Shown: positions 9,878 through 21,419, counted from the first letter of the stretch. The stretch: 32,000 nucleotides of DNA from an uncultured Methanobrevibacter sp. (GCF_902801725.1 NZ_CADCJB010000013.1:11302-43301); one strand, 5' to 3'. Notes: a model not told the origin generated them from the sequence alone. Program-made: numbers and translations.

Positions 9878-11572
9878 ATGAGAGGCGGAGAAGCGATAAT
9901 TGAATCCCTTAAAAATATGGGGGTTAAAACAATATTTGGTTATCCTGGTGGACAGACCATACCATTCTATGATATGTTATATGATTCAGACATGGACCAT
10001 ATATTAGTTAGACATGAACAATGCGCGGCTCATGCAGCAGACGGATATGCAAGAGCTTCTGGTAAAGTTGGTGTGTGTTTGGCAACTTCAGGTCCTGGAG
10101 CAACCAATCTAGTCACTGGAATTGCGACTGCATACATGGATTCTTCTCCAATTGTGGCTATTACCGGTCAGGTTCCTACTCATTTAATTGGTAATGATGC
10201 ATTTCAGGAAGCAGATATTATAGGAATAACAATGCCTATTACCAAGCATAGCTATCAGCCAAAAGATCCGGATTTGATACCTTCAATGATTAAATCCTCT
10301 TTTGAAATTGCTTCAAGTGGAAGGCCTGGCCCTATTTTGATTGATGTTCCCAAAGAAGTTCAGGAAGGGGAGCTTACAAAATTCGATGATTCATTAATTA
10401 GCACTCCGGGCTACAATCCAAATACTAAAGGCAATATTAGACAAATCAAAAAGGCTCGCGATTTGATAAAGCAATCCAAAAGACCTATGATTATAGCTGG
10501 TGCTGGTGTTATCATATCCAATGCTTGCTGTGAGCTGAAAAAACTTGCAGATACTATTGAAGCTCCAGTCATGACTTCACTATTAGGTAAGGGAGCTATT
10601 GATGAGACTGATGATTTGGCGTTAGGTATGCTCGGTATGCATGGAAGAAAGGTTTCAAATGATTACATTAACGAGTCCGATTTGCTGATAGCAGTCGGTA
10701 TAAGATTTTCAGATAGGACTACCGGAAGGCTGGACAGTTTCGCACCGGATACTAAAGTCATTCATATTGATATAGACCCTGCTGAAATAGGCAAGAATGT
10801 GGATGTTGATTTGCCGATTGTAGGGGATGCAAGAAATGTATTGTCATCATTAAATAAGCTTTTAAAAGATTATGAAGTGTCAAATGATGTTAAATCATGG
10901 GCAAATATGATTCGAGAGAAAAAGCAGGAATTGCTTCCAAGAGTTACTTATGATGATGTACCTTTAAAACCTCAAACAGTTATAAAAGAAATTTCTGAGG
11001 TCTTAACACCTGAATCTATTTTAACAACAGATGTAGGTCAAAATCAAATGTGGGCGGCACATTTCTATAATACTCAAAAACCGCGCAAATTCATTTCATC
11101 CGGAGGTCTTGGGACTATGGGATTTGGATTCCCGTCAGCTATTGGTGCAAAAGTGGCCTGTCCTGATGATCCTGTTGTATCCATTAATGGTGACGGCGGA
11201 TTTTTAATGGTTTGCCAGGAGCTGGCAACTGTCCATGAATATGACATACCTGTCATTGCTGTCGTATTGGAAAACAGGACCTTGGGAATGGTATATCAAT
11301 GGCAAAGCTTATTATATGATGAAAGACACTCTCAAACCTTATTGGGCAATAGTCCGGACTTTGTTAAATTAGCGGAAAGTTTCGGCGTCAATGGAGTTAG
11401 AATTACAAAACCTGGTGAAACAAAAGAGGCGTTATCAAATGCAATTAAGGATAACGAACCGGTTTTATTAAATGTTGTTATTGATTCTGAAGAGGCGCTG
11501 CCGATGCTTCCTCCCGGAGCCGGAATCAATGAGATGATTGGCGAGTACAAACTTGAAAAGGATGTGATTTAA
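9878..11572 (+). CDS. ilvB: Acetolactate synthase large subunit
   Basis: [68 protein letters not shown] (ThDP motif). Confidence 0.97.
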   Translation: MRGGEAIIESLKNMGVKTIFGYPGGQTIPFYDMLYDSDMDHILVRHEQCAAHAADGYARASGKVGVCLATSGPGATNLVTGIATAYMDSSPIVAITGQVPTHLIGNDAFQEADIIGITMPITKHSYQPKDPDLIPSMIKSSFEIASSGRPGPILIDVPKEVQEGELTKFDDSLISTPGYNPNTKGNIRQIKKARDLIKQSKRPMIIAGAGVIISNACCELKKLADTIEAPVMTSLLGKGAIDETDDLALGMLGMHGRKVSNDYINESDLLIAVGIRFSDRTTGRLDSFAPDTKVIHIDIDPAEIGKNVDVDLPIVGDARNVLSSLNKLLKDYEVSNDVKSWANMIREKKQELLPRVTYDDVPLKPQTVIKEISEVLTPESILTTDVGQNQMWAAHFYNTQKPRKFISSGGLGTMGFGFPSAIGAKVACPDDPVVSINGDGGFLMVCQELATVHEYDIPVIAVVLENRTLGMVYQWQSLLYDERHSQTLLGNSPDFVKLAESFGVNGVRITKPGETKEALSNAIKDNEPVLLNVVIDSEEALPMLPPGAGINEMIGEYKLEKDVI

Positions 11573-12058
11573 ATGACCTTGGAATATCACGTTATTTCTA
11601 CATTGGTTGAAGATAAACCGGGTGTTTTACAAAAAGTAGCTGGAATGTTTAATAGAAGAGGATTCAACATAGACAGCATAACCGTTGGAAAATCAGAAGT
11701 GGAAGGTCAATCCCGTATGGTAATTACTGTTCATGCAGATGAAAAAGGACTTGAACAGGTTACAAAACAATTAAATAAATTAATTGATGTTATCAAGATT
11801 AAAGATATTACTCAAACTGCTGTTAAAAGGGAATTGTGTCTTGTTAAAGTCTCTGTTCCTAATGCGAAAGCAAGAGCAGAAATAATGCAGTATACAAATA
11901 TTTTCAGAGCCCATATTTTGGATGTTTCAGAGCAGACATTAATGGTTGAGCTTACTGGAGATAAGGAAAAGATTAATGCATTCATATCTTTAGTAGAAAA
12001 TTATGGAATTAAAAGAATAGCCCGTACTGGCCTTACAGCTATGTCAAGGGGAGTATAA
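11573..12058 (+). CDS. ilvN: Acetolactate synthase small (regulatory) subunit
   Basis: ACT domain: HVISTLVEDKPGVLQKVAGMFNRRGFNIDSITVGKSE. ATG directly follows the ilvB stop. Confidence 0.95.
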   Translation: MTLEYHVISTLVEDKPGVLQKVAGMFNRRGFNIDSITVGKSEVEGQSRMVITVHADEKGLEQVTKQLNKLIDVIKIKDITQTAVKRELCLVKVSVPNAKARAEIMQYTNIFRAHILDVSEQTLMVELTGDKEKINAFISLVENYGIKRIARTGLTAMSRGV

Positions 12059-12059
12059 A

Positions 12060-12587
12060 ATGACTATATTAGAAAACGTATTAAAAGACAACAAGGAATT
12101 TGTAGAAAACTTTGAAGGCGAAGAAATGTCTCACCATGCAGCTAAAAAATTAGCTATCTTAACCTGTATGGACTGTAGACTAATCGACTTTTTTGAACCT
12201 GCACTCGGTCTTAAAAGAGGGGATGCAAAAATCGTTAGAAATGCCGGAAACTCCATTGTAGGTGAAGATGCAATCAGATCTATTGGTGCAGCTTTATACA
12301 ACCTCGGTGCTGAAGAAGTCATGGTTGTAGGTCACACTGAATGTGGTATGGCTGGCGCAGATGCTGAAGCTTTAAAAGAAAAAATGCTTGCTCGAGGTAT
12401 CAAAGAGGAAGACATTGCAAAATATGATTTGGCTGAATGGATTGGCGGATTCGATGACGAAGAAGAAAACGTTAAAAACGTTTGTGAAAAAATCAAAAAC
12501 CATCCATTGATACCTGATGTACCTGTTCACGGTCTCATAATCGATATTGTTACAGGTGAACTGAAAGTTTTAGTAGATGGTTACTGA
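12060..12587 (+). CDS. Beta-class carbonic anhydrase
   Basis: Zn ligands and motifs: ILTCMDCRLIDFFEPALGLKRGDAKIVRNAGN, VVGHTECGMAG. Starts 1 nt after the ilvN stop codon. Confidence 0.93.
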   Translation: MTILENVLKDNKEFVENFEGEEMSHHAAKKLAILTCMDCRLIDFFEPALGLKRGDAKIVRNAGNSIVGEDAIRSIGAALYNLGAEEVMVVGHTECGMAGADAEALKEKMLARGIKEEDIAKYDLAEWIGGFDDEEENVKNVCEKIKNHPLIPDVPVHGLIIDIVTGELKVLVDGY

Positions 12588-12740
12588 TTCCCATCTATTT
12601 TTTTATTTTTTTCTGTAATTAGAGATTATTTCTATACCTAATTTTAGGTTACTTTTATAAATATTGAAAATCATATTTATTAAATGATATTTTGTTTAAT
12701 ATCTAGATTTTAATTAAATTATTTAACGAGATGATTTAAA

Positions 12741-13733
12741 ATGAAAATGTATTACGATGCAGATGTAAATACAGATGCTCTTGAAGGAAAAACCATTGCA
12801 GTAATTGGATATGGTTCTCAAGGAAGAGCACAATCTAGAAACATGGCTGACAGTGGAGCTAATGTTATTGTTGGTGTAAGAGAAAATGGTAGTTCCTGGA
12901 ACTTAGTCAAAGAAGACGGTATGACAGTAAAAACTATCGAAGATGCAGCTAAAGAAGCTGACATTATTCACATTTTGCTTCCTGACGAAATCCAAGAAAA
13001 AGTCTACAATGAACAAATTGCACCATATGTTGAATCTGGCAACACCATTTCATTCTCTCATGGTTACAACATCCACTTCGGTTTAATCAAACCTGATGAA
13101 GATGTAAACATTGTAATGTTTGCACCAAAAGGACCTGGATCCATGGTAAGAAGAACTTACGAAGAAGGATTCGGTATTCCTGGTTTAGTAGCAGTTCAAC
13201 AAGACGCTACTGGTGATGCAATGCAACTTGCATTAGGCATGGCAAAAGCTTGTGGATTAACCAAAGCTGGTGTTTTAGAAACTACTTTCCAAGAAGAAAC
13301 AGAAACTGACTTGTTTGGTGAACAAACTGTTTTATGTGGAGGAATCACTGAATTAATTAATGCAGGTTTCACTACTTTGGTAGAAGCAGGATATCAACCT
13401 GAAATCGCTTACTTTGAAACCTGTCACGAAGTAAAACTTATTGTAGATTTAATCTATGAAAAAGGTTTTGCCGGAATGTGGCACGATGTAAGTAACACTG
13501 CTGAATATGGTGGATTAACCAGAGGTAATAGAATTATTACTCAAGAAGCAAAAGACGGTATGAAAACTGTTTTAAAAGAAATCCAAGATGGAACTTTCAA
13601 AAAACAATGGGCTGAAGAAAACGCTACTGACGGCGCTAACTTAAAAGAAATGAGAGCTGCTGAAAGTCAAAAAGATATCGAAATTGTTGGTGAAAGATTA
13701 AGAAAAGCTTGTGGATTACAAAAAGACGATTAA
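12741..13733 (+). CDS. ilvC: Ketol-acid reductoisomerase
   Basis: [65 protein letters not shown]. Confidence 0.97.
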   Translation: MKMYYDADVNTDALEGKTIAVIGYGSQGRAQSRNMADSGANVIVGVRENGSSWNLVKEDGMTVKTIEDAAKEADIIHILLPDEIQEKVYNEQIAPYVESGNTISFSHGYNIHFGLIKPDEDVNIVMFAPKGPGSMVRRTYEEGFGIPGLVAVQQDATGDAMQLALGMAKACGLTKAGVLETTFQEETETDLFGEQTVLCGGITELINAGFTTLVEAGYQPEIAYFETCHEVKLIVDLIYEKGFAGMWHDVSNTAEYGGLTRGNRIITQEAKDGMKTVLKEIQDGTFKKQWAEENATDGANLKEMRAAESQKDIEIVGERLRKACGLQKDD

Positions 13734-13775
13734 GTCTTTTTAATCCTTTTACTATTTTTTTTATTTATTTTAAGT

Positions 13776-14789
13776 GTGGTAAACATGGTGTTTATTGGTA
13801 TGGACCATGGAACTACTGGAATCTCTTTTTGCATAATGTCTGATGAAGGGGATGTTATTGATATTTTCAAAATCGGAAGAGAGGAAAGTAAGAAAGGCTT
13901 GGTTTCAGCTTCACAGGAGCTGACCAAGCGTGTTGATTTGGATTCTGTAAAATTGATGGCCATTACCTATGCAATGGGTGACGGTATAAGTAAGATTTTG
14001 CCAGCTGACCAAGTTAAGGATAGGGGAATATTATCAATTAATGGTGCCGGCAAGGTGACTGGTGGAGGAACATCAGTATTTTCTGAATTGCAGGAGTTAA
14101 ATATTCCTTCTATAATGATTCCTGGTCTCCATAAGGATTCTACTTCTCTTGATGAATTATTTAGAGCTGCCTATTCTCATCAGGCAAGTCCGGAAAAGGT
14201 AAGCATTTCATATAATGCTATTAAGGAAACCGGCTGGAGCGATTTTATAGTTGCTGATATATCTTCAAACAGTGTAGATATACTGATTGAAGACGGCAAA
14301 ATCAAAGGGGCAATGGATGCATGCTTGGGCGCAATGGGTATTGTACATGGACCTATTGATCTGGAAATGATAAGAGACATTGATGAAAACAATGCGTCCG
14401 CTAATGATTGTTTTTCAAATGCCGGAGCTATTAAAATTGCCGGAATCGACGGTAAAGTAGCTAACATGAAAGATCAGCTATTGGAAAACTATAGGAACGG
14501 TGATGAAAATGCCAAATTGGCTATTGACACATTAATAATGACCGTTGCTATGGAAATTGCCGGTTTGGATGTGGTCTGTAACAATGAAATTGAAGGTATT
14601 GTTTTGACAGGGTCCGTTGGAAGTGCAACTGAACCGTTTAACTTTGAAGATGAAATCAACAGCTATTTCAAAAATAAGTATCCTTTAAAAGTTATTTCAA
14701 AAGAATCCGGTGCAATTGGTGCTGCACAAATAGCGATGGATGTTTTCAATGGTAAAAAAGAAATCTTAGGAATAGAAGTAGATATCTAA
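13776..14789 (+). CDS. Methanogenesis marker protein 12 (sugar-kinase/ASKHA-like fold)
   Basis: MVFIGMDHGTTGISFCIMSDEG, HGPIDLEMIRDIDENNASANDCFSNAGAIKI. The Met at codon 4 is probably the real start. Confidence 0.85.
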   Translation: MVNMVFIGMDHGTTGISFCIMSDEGDVIDIFKIGREESKKGLVSASQELTKRVDLDSVKLMAITYAMGDGISKILPADQVKDRGILSINGAGKVTGGGTSVFSELQELNIPSIMIPGLHKDSTSLDELFRAAYSHQASPEKVSISYNAIKETGWSDFIVADISSNSVDILIEDGKIKGAMDACLGAMGIVHGPIDLEMIRDIDENNASANDCFSNAGAIKIAGIDGKVANMKDQLLENYRNGDENAKLAIDTLIMTVAMEIAGLDVVCNNEIEGIVLTGSVGSATEPFNFEDEINSYFKNKYPLKVISKESGAIGAAQIAMDVFNGKKEILGIEVDI

Positions 14790-14793
14790 GATT

Positions 14794-14997
14794 TCAATCT
14801 TCTTTTAAACTAATAAAAATGATATTTCCGCCTTTAATGGTTTCAAGACCATTTTCATTTTCAAGAACAAGGTTTAAATAGTTATCGATAGCAATTACTT
14901 TTCCTTCACTTTGATAGTCGCCTCTTAAATCTACAGTTACATATTTGTCTTTAAATTGGGCAAAAAGTTTATTTACATTATCTTTATCAAAACTCAT
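14794..14997 (-). CDS. Sm-like (LSm) RNA-binding protein
   Basis: 67 aa with the Sm fold: LFAQFKDKYVTVDLRGDYQSEGKVIAIDNYLNLVLEN...IKGGNIIFISL. Confidence 0.88.
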   Translation of the reverse strand: MSFDKDNVNKLFAQFKDKYVTVDLRGDYQSEGKVIAIDNYLNLVLENENGLETIKGGNIIFISLKED

Positions 14998-15079
14998 TTT
15001 TTCAAATCCTTGGTTATAATAATTCTATTCATATTTTGATGTTTCAACTTTAAATACTTTAATGTTGATAATATATACT

Positions 15080-15223
15080 ATGGCAATTAATCAATTAGAA
15101 GAAAATTTAGAAGCGATTACTAGAACAATTGAACAGTTAAAAAGAGACGGATGCACTGATGAAAAAATTTTAAATGAGCTTCGTGAAGAAAGAGATAAAA
15201 TACTTAAAGATTTAAATTTATAA
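15080..15223 (+). CDS. Small hypothetical protein, 47 aa (not in supplied ORF track)
   Basis: ATG...TAA reads MAINQLEENLEAITRTIEQLKRDGCTDEKILNELREERDKILKDLNL: amphipathic, charged and compositionally protein-like. It is divergent from LSm and convergent with surE. Confidence 0.6.
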   Translation: MAINQLEENLEAITRTIEQLKRDGCTDEKILNELREERDKILKDLNL

Positions 15224-15228
15224 GTATT

Positions 15229-16005
15229 TTATTTTAACCATTTTTTCAATGAATCCATATCATTTGTCAAATCTATTTTTAAGGGTGTTATTGTAGTTTT
15301 TTGACCCCTGCGTAATTCATAACCATCAGTTCCAGGTTCATCAAAATCATATGGCTCGCCGCCAATCCAGTAATATGATTTTCCTCGTGGATCCAAACGT
15401 TCCTCGATATTAGGTATGTACATCCTTTTTCCTAATTTTACAACTTCAAATTCTTCATTTATTGGATTTGCAGGTATATTAACATTTAATAAGTCGATTC
15501 CTTCAGGCAATCCTTTTTTAAGAACAATTTTAGCCAGTTTATTTAGCATTTTTCCTGCAAAGTCAAAGTCTATTTCAATTTCTCCGTTTTCAAATTTGAT
15601 GTCGTCCCTTGCAACTTCCAGTGAGATGGCGATTGTTGGAATTCCAAAACTTGCCGCTTCAATTGCAGCTCCCAATGTTCCGGATGTTGTCAGCTCTGCC
15701 TGTCCAAGATTATATCCGGTATTTATTCCGGAAATCATGATGTCTGGATGCTCTTCCAGTATCTCAAATAATCCTAAGGTCACAGCATCGGTCGGTGTTC
15801 CGCTTACGCCATAGCCTAAACTTCCGTCTTTTAAGGTATATTCATTTACTCTCAATGGTTCATAAAGAGTTAATGCATGTCCTATACCACTTTGTTGTGT
15901 TTCTGGAGCTATTACATATGTATCACATAAATTTTCGACTGCCTTTTTAGCAGCAAGAATTCCTGAAGCAGTTATTCCGTCATCGTTACTTATTAATGCT
16001 TTCAT
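15229..16005 (-). CDS. surE: 5'/3'-nucleotidase SurE
   Basis: MKALISNDDGITASGILAAKKAVE, PETQQSGIGHALTLYEPL, DIMISGINTGYNLG, TSGTLGAAIEAASFGIPTIAIS. Confidence 0.96.
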   Translation of the reverse strand: MKALISNDDGITASGILAAKKAVENLCDTYVIAPETQQSGIGHALTLYEPLRVNEYTLKDGSLGYGVSGTPTDAVTLGLFEILEEHPDIMISGINTGYNLGQAELTTSGTLGAAIEAASFGIPTIAISLEVARDDIKFENGEIEIDFDFAGKMLNKLAKIVLKKGLPEGIDLLNVNIPANPINEEFEVVKLGKRMYIPNIEERLDPRGKSYYWIGGEPYDFDEPGTDGYELRRGQKTTITPLKIDLTNDMDSLKKWLK

Positions 16006-16135
16006 ATATTTATTAAGGTATTACCTTGTTAAAGTAGTTTTATGTTTTCTGCAAAATATGATAAACTTTAATAATAATTTAATTAATAAAATATATTAGT
16101 ATATTTTTTTTGAAAAAACACATGCGGGTGGAAAT

Positions 16136-17035
16136 TTGGAAAAACCACAACTGATTAATTTTATAGCTAAGGTAATGGAGGACTCTGGTTTCAAGGTTTA
16201 TAAGAATTTTAAAACCTCTCAGAAAGTTATAGATATATATGCTATATTGCCAACTACTATTGGGGATTTTGGAGTTGTTGTAGCATGTAAAAACTATGAT
16301 AAAGACTTTGAAATTGGAGTGGATGTTTTAAAAGAGATGGAAGAAGTTGGAGAAAGTTTAAAGGCATCTAAAGTAACTATTGTTTCATCTTCTTATTTTT
16401 CAAGTCAGGCAACTAATTATGCGCTTCGAAAAAACATTAAATTGGTAGATAGGGATAACCTGCTTGAACTTGCCAAAAAATATCAGGACAGAACTTCCCA
16501 AACAACTCTTGACAACACTCCATATGATGGCGGAGCTTCTGCTTATATTGATGAGGAATATCCGGAATACAGTTATGATGCTTCTGACATGGAATATCTG
16601 ATGCAAAGAAGAGACCAGAATCCTGTTGTCTACAAAAACAGTCTTTACAGGGAAGTTGGTGATAACCGCTCTGGAGGAATTTCTTCATTATTTAATAGGG
16701 GAGTCAATACTGCCAGAGGTGGCGGTTATGGCCACACAACATTATATAACTATAATCGGGGATCAAATTTCAGTAATTCCCCATTTTTCGTACTGATTCA
16801 AAATCCGATAGTAATGGTTATTGTGGTTGTTATTGTTTCATTTCTCCTTTCATTCATTGCAGGCAATCTTTTGAAGATGGATGCTGGAATTTCAGGTTTA
16901 ATTGAAATGCTTACTGCTTTAATTTTATCTTATGGTTTGTCCTTTTATGCAGATAGAAATAGTGATTTTATTGTTAAAGGAACATTCATATTCTTTGTTT
17001 CATTGATAATATTAATTGTATTAATTTTTATTTAA
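16136..17035 (+). CDS. Membrane-anchored Mrr/PD-(D/E)XK-like nuclease-fold protein (TTG start presumed)
   Basis: N-terminal ~100 aa has IDIYAILPTTIGDFGVVVACKNY...KVTIVSSSYFSSQATNYALRKNIKLVDRDNLLEL, typical of Mrr_cat-like domains. The C-terminus has 3-4 hydrophobic helices. GGGTGG lies upstream of TTG 16136. Confidence 0.65.
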   Translation: MEKPQLINFIAKVMEDSGFKVYKNFKTSQKVIDIYAILPTTIGDFGVVVACKNYDKDFEIGVDVLKEMEEVGESLKASKVTIVSSSYFSSQATNYALRKNIKLVDRDNLLELAKKYQDRTSQTTLDNTPYDGGASAYIDEEYPEYSYDASDMEYLMQRRDQNPVVYKNSLYREVGDNRSGGISSLFNRGVNTARGGGYGHTTLYNYNRGSNFSNSPFFVLIQNPIVMVIVVVIVSFLLSFIAGNLLKMDAGISGLIEMLTALILSYGLSFYADRNSDFIVKGTFIFFVSLIILIVLIFI

Positions 17036-18082
17036 TTTAATATAATTAAAATTAATTATTATTAAAATTAATCCTAAAAGATACAGGAACCAAATCATTA
17101 TGTCTGTTGGTCCGGTTTCTATCCAAATTAATGTGTGTGTAAGTATAATGGAGTAAATCCCTACTCCTATTCCTTTTTTTATTTTGTGTGTCAGTTGCAG
17201 AAACACTCCCATAAACAGCATCTGAATTGTCAATCCGATCAATCCGAAATCAAGATATGCCGGTCCAAACAATGTGGATGTTAAGCACACGTCATAATGC
17301 AGCACATATTGGCCGATGAATGTTCTGGGACTTCCGGATGAGAAAATCATGCTTAATATGTGTCCATGTGTACTTCCGCCCAATGGTATTATCTTTTCAA
17401 ATACTTCCAATGTGAATGCGGCTCTGTAAAAAACAAGTTCTATAGGATTTAAAGTCCAGTGCTGGTTTGCGATTGACTGTGATGCGATGTATCCGACTGC
17501 CAACATTCCGATGGTAATTATTGCAATGAAGACAATGCCCATTTTTCTTGATGTTTTTTTAAGGTAGTAAAGGGTAATGAATGAGCTTCCTAAAATTCCA
17601 AGGACTGATGTTCTGTAACCGTTTAATCCGAATATCAATGCACCGATAATTACCAAAAGCAGATATTTTTTATCGTAATACTTTGCAAGCAACAGATTAA
17701 TCATTATTAGGAATAGCGGATATGCTATTCTCCAGATGTTGGTTGTTGCATTGGACTTTAAAACGCTGTTGAAAAGAGGAATGCCTCCAATCAATACCAT
17801 ATTCAGCGCCTGCAATATTAATGCGATTATTACAAGAATGACAAGCAGCTTTTCCGAGAGAAAATCAAGATTTTTGGTTTCTTCCACATTGACTTTGTAT
17901 TTGACGATAACTGCTCCGGCTATAAATATTGCACATGAAAAAATAATGGTTAATATTACATTCAGATTCAACGGATCTTCAAACCTGTAGTTGAATGATC
18001 CAACATAGCCCATTGCTAAAAATACGAGTATTGCAATTACTACCAGTAAAGGCTGAAAGAAATCAATTTTTTCAAGTTTCAT
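17021..18082 (-). CDS. Oligosaccharide repeat-unit polymerase-like (Wzy/O-antigen polymerase type) multi-TM protein
   Basis: ~10-12 hydrophobic segments, a loop with GGSTHGHILSMIFSSGSPRTFIGQ, and ...FGPAYLDFGLIGLTIQMLFMG. Confidence 0.7.
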   Translation of the reverse strand: MKLEKIDFFQPLLVVIAILVFLAMGYVGSFNYRFEDPLNLNVILTIIFSCAIFIAGAVIVKYKVNVEETKNLDFLSEKLLVILVIIALILQALNMVLIGGIPLFNSVLKSNATTNIWRIAYPLFLIMINLLLAKYYDKKYLLLVIIGALIFGLNGYRTSVLGILGSSFITLYYLKKTSRKMGIVFIAIITIGMLAVGYIASQSIANQHWTLNPIELVFYRAAFTLEVFEKIIPLGGSTHGHILSMIFSSGSPRTFIGQYVLHYDVCLTSTLFGPAYLDFGLIGLTIQMLFMGVFLQLTHKIKKGIGVGIYSIILTHTLIWIETGPTDIMIWFLYLLGLILIIINFNYIKLNKN

Positions 18083-18084
18083 GA

Positions 18085-19440
18085 TTATCCTTCAAGTTCC
18101 TTGGCGGATATGGTCAGGTTTCCTCCAAAGTCAGGCATTGCAGCCACATGTGTGTGAACATAGCTTGCAAGTGTGTTTCTGCATATGAATCCATCCTGGT
18201 TGTTGTATGAGCCTTTTCCTCTTAGGATATCGAATGCCAGTTTGTGGTCGATGTTTGTGGAATCAACCAGTACCTTTGAATAATGGAACTCATGGCCATG
18301 GAATTTTTCACCTTTTTTGGATATGATGTTGTCCTCTTTGACTTCGGCAATGGTGTACTTCAGTGCCTGCACCCTATCTGTTAGAATTGCCTTGTAAGGA
18401 TATACATTTACAACTTTATCTTCGTGGATGGAATTCATAAGATACATTAAACCACCACATTCGGCAAAAATAGGCCTATCTTCCAGGTGGAAAGTATGGA
18501 TTTCTTGAAGCATTCTTTCATTTGCACTAAGCTCTTTTGAAAAGAGTTCGGGATATCCTCCTCCAATATACAATCCGTCTACATCGGGCAACCCTTCATC
18601 GTTTAATGGTGAAAAATATTCTATTTTAGCATTGTTTGCTTCCAATGATTCAATATTTTCCTTATAATAAAAATTGAACACTTCATCATATGCCACTCCG
18701 ATTTTAACTTTCTGCTTATTTAGTTTATTCCAGATGGGAACGATATTTGATGTAATCTTCGGAGCTTCTTTTGCAATTTCCACCAGTCTGTCCAAATCGA
18801 TTGAATTCTTTATTACTTCAGACCAGATGTCAATAAATTTGAGAGAATTTTCTTTTTCTCGAGCAGGAACAAGGCCTAAATGCCTTTCTTCAATTGATAT
18901 GGAATCATCACGAATAATCCCTCCGATAACTTCGGTTTTTGTTATTTCTTCAATTGATCTCTTTGTTTTTTCGTAGTGTGCCTTGTTTTTAACCTTGTTC
19001 AGGATAACTCCTGCAATATTTATTTCAGGATCCAATGCCTTAAAGCCCAAAACCAAAGCTGCGGCGCTTTTGACCAAACTTCTTGAGTTTATGATTAGGA
19101 TAACCGGTGCCTTTAGGGATTTTGCTATTGAAGCTGTACTTCCGATATCGTTGACAGAATCGATTCCCTCATAAAGTCCCCGAACACCTTCGATTACAGC
19201 AATGTCCTTTCCATCCATAGCTTTCAGATAGGAGTCTCTCACCTGTCCGGATTCCATAAAAAAAGAATCCAAGTTTCTGGATACATTACCGGTAGCTAAT
19301 GTATGGTAAGACGGGTCTATATAATCAGGTCCAACTTTAAATGGTTGAACATTGTATTTTTCACTTAAAGCTTTCATAATCCCGGTAGATATTGTGGTTT
19401 TTCCAACAGCACTACCAGTCCCTGCTAAAATAATTCTCAT
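18085..19440 (-). CDS. cfbB: Ni-sirohydrochlorin / cobyrinate a,c-diamide synthase
   Basis: [51 protein letters not shown] and [19 protein letters not shown]...[14 protein letters not shown]. Start corrected from 19473 to 19440. CfbB and CbiA cannot be separated by eye. Confidence 0.85.
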   Translation of the reverse strand: MRIILAGTGSAVGKTTISTGIMKALSEKYNVQPFKVGPDYIDPSYHTLATGNVSRNLDSFFMESGQVRDSYLKAMDGKDIAVIEGVRGLYEGIDSVNDIGSTASIAKSLKAPVILIINSRSLVKSAAALVLGFKALDPEINIAGVILNKVKNKAHYEKTKRSIEEITKTEVIGGIIRDDSISIEERHLGLVPAREKENSLKFIDIWSEVIKNSIDLDRLVEIAKEAPKITSNIVPIWNKLNKQKVKIGVAYDEVFNFYYKENIESLEANNAKIEYFSPLNDEGLPDVDGLYIGGGYPELFSKELSANERMLQEIHTFHLEDRPIFAECGGLMYLMNSIHEDKVVNVYPYKAILTDRVQALKYTIAEVKEDNIISKKGEKFHGHEFHYSKVLVDSTNIDHKLAFDILRGKGSYNNQDGFICRNTLASYVHTHVAAMPDFGGNLTISAKELEG

Positions 19441-19538
19441 ATTTAGTAATTTGCATCTTCTTTTTATAAACAATTATTGTATAAATCATTTTATATAATA
19501 TTAAAAATAAAATTTAAACCATAATATATGGTGATTAA

Positions 19539-21362
19539 ATGAGAATTTTACTAATCCATTCTGATTATTTAAATTACAATGTAAAGAATAAAACACCTGT
19601 TGCCGAAGAAATCGACGAGGCTAAAATGCAAGGTGCATTCGACGATTCTTTAGTGGTATTTACAAGTGTTGAAAAAGATGATGAAAATAATCCGGAAGGC
19701 ATCGTCAAAAATTTAGTCAGCGAAGTTATAAAAACCAATGAACAAGTTAATGCGGAAAATATTGTTTTATATCCATATGCTCACTTATCTTCTTCATTAG
19801 GTTCTCCAAAAGTTGCTATTCAAATTTTAAAGGATACTGAAGAAGCTTTGCTCGCTGAAAATTTAAATGTTAAAAGAGTACCTTTCGGATGGTATAAGGC
19901 CTTTGAGATTTCCTGTAAAGGCCACCCATTGAGCGAACTTTCAAGAACTATCACTGCCGATGTTGAAGATGAAAAAGTTGAAAGAAAACCTTCCAAGTGG
20001 CAAATTCTTGAAGGAGACAAAATTACTCAAATTGAAGACTTTAACTTTGAAAACAGGGCTTTCAAACAGCTTGTTGATTATGAGCTCGGACAAGGCGCAT
20101 CCGATGAAGGAGAACCTCCTCACGTAAAACTGATGAGGGAAAAGGAAATCTGCGATTATGAACCAGCATCCGATGTCGGAAACCTCAGATGGTATCCTAA
20201 AGGAAAATTAATCAGGGATTTGCTTTCAGATTATGTTTATGATTTGACTGTAGATCGTGGAGCAATGCCTGTTGAAACCCCAATTTTCTATGACCTGGAC
20301 AATCAAGCTATTTACGAACATGCCTACAAATTCGGTGAAAGACAGTACAGAACCGACACCAAAAAGAATTTGATGCTTAGATTTGCGGCTTGTTTCGGTG
20401 CATTCAGATTAATGTCCGATTCATATTTGACATGGAAAAATTTCCCTGCCAAAATTTTCGAATTAACCAGATACAGTTTCCGTTTTGAGAAAAAAGGTGA
20501 AGTTGTTGGTCTTAAAAGATTAAGAGCATTCACTATGCCTGATTGTCATTCATTCTGTTGTGATGTACCTTCATCTTTAGAAGAATTTTCTCAACAAACT
20601 GATATGTGTATGCAAACAGGTAAGGATTTGGACCTTGACTTTGAAGTAATTTTCAGAGCAACCCAAGACTTCTTTGAAGAAAATGAGGAATGGATGTATG
20701 AAATTGCAAGTAAATTCAATAAACCAATTCTTTTAGAAATCCTGCCTGAAAGACACCACTACTGGGTATGTAAAATCGATTTGGCAAACATTGACGCATT
20801 AGGCCGTCCGATTGAAAACCCAACCGTACAGATAGATGTTGAAAGTGGTAAAAGATTCGACATTACCTATTTGGGTGAAGACGGCAAACAGCATAATCCT
20901 ACAATCCTGCACACTTCACCAACCGGAAGTATTGAAAGGGTTTTATGTGCAATGCTTGAAAAAACCGCAATTGAAATTAATGAAAGATCTCCAATGTTGC
21001 CAACATGGTTAAGCCCAATTCAAGCAAGAATCTTGACTATTGGAGAAGCCCATAAAGAATTTGCAGATGAACTCTATGCAAAAATCAATGCTTCAAACAT
21101 TCGTGTAGACGTTGACGACAGGGATGAAAGCGTTGGTAAAAAAATCAGAAACGCATCTAAAGAATGGATTCCGTACATATTCGTTGTTGGTGATAAAGAA
21201 ATGGAAACCGGCAAGTTCCAAGTGACCGTACGTGAAACCGGACAAAAAGTTGACATGACAGTCGACGAATTGATAGATGAAATAAATGCCAAATGTGAAG
21301 GAAAACCTTTCAGAAAATTGCCTTTGCCTAAGGACATTTCAAGAAGGATTAACTTCCAATAA
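19539..21362 (+). CDS. thrS: Threonyl-tRNA synthetase, archaeal type with archaeal editing domain
   Basis: N-terminal [25 protein letters not shown] editing domain; class II core [40 protein letters not shown] and the HGTP anticodon domain. Confidence 0.95.
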   Translation: MRILLIHSDYLNYNVKNKTPVAEEIDEAKMQGAFDDSLVVFTSVEKDDENNPEGIVKNLVSEVIKTNEQVNAENIVLYPYAHLSSSLGSPKVAIQILKDTEEALLAENLNVKRVPFGWYKAFEISCKGHPLSELSRTITADVEDEKVERKPSKWQILEGDKITQIEDFNFENRAFKQLVDYELGQGASDEGEPPHVKLMREKEICDYEPASDVGNLRWYPKGKLIRDLLSDYVYDLTVDRGAMPVETPIFYDLDNQAIYEHAYKFGERQYRTDTKKNLMLRFAACFGAFRLMSDSYLTWKNFPAKIFELTRYSFRFEKKGEVVGLKRLRAFTMPDCHSFCCDVPSSLEEFSQQTDMCMQTGKDLDLDFEVIFRATQDFFEENEEWMYEIASKFNKPILLEILPERHHYWVCKIDLANIDALGRPIENPTVQIDVESGKRFDITYLGEDGKQHNPTILHTSPTGSIERVLCAMLEKTAIEINERSPMLPTWLSPIQARILTIGEAHKEFADELYAKINASNIRVDVDDRDESVGKKIRNASKEWIPYIFVVGDKEMETGKFQVTVRETGQKVDMTVDELIDEINAKCEGKPFRKLPLPKDISRRINFQ

Positions 21363-21419
21363 TTATATTTACAAATAAAAACATATTATAAAATGTTATT
21401 ATATAACGGAGGAAATTTA

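Noticed and set aside
12588-12740. Possible riboswitch or attenuator in the ~150-nt ilvC leader
   Set aside because: Only weak AT-only pairing (ATTAAA...TTTAAT) is visible, with no recognisable leader peptide or known archaeal riboswitch core; probably just terminator plus promoter.
15416-15814. 132-aa plus-strand ORF opposite surE
   Set aside because: Antisense to an unambiguous SurE; no domain signature or RBS seen.
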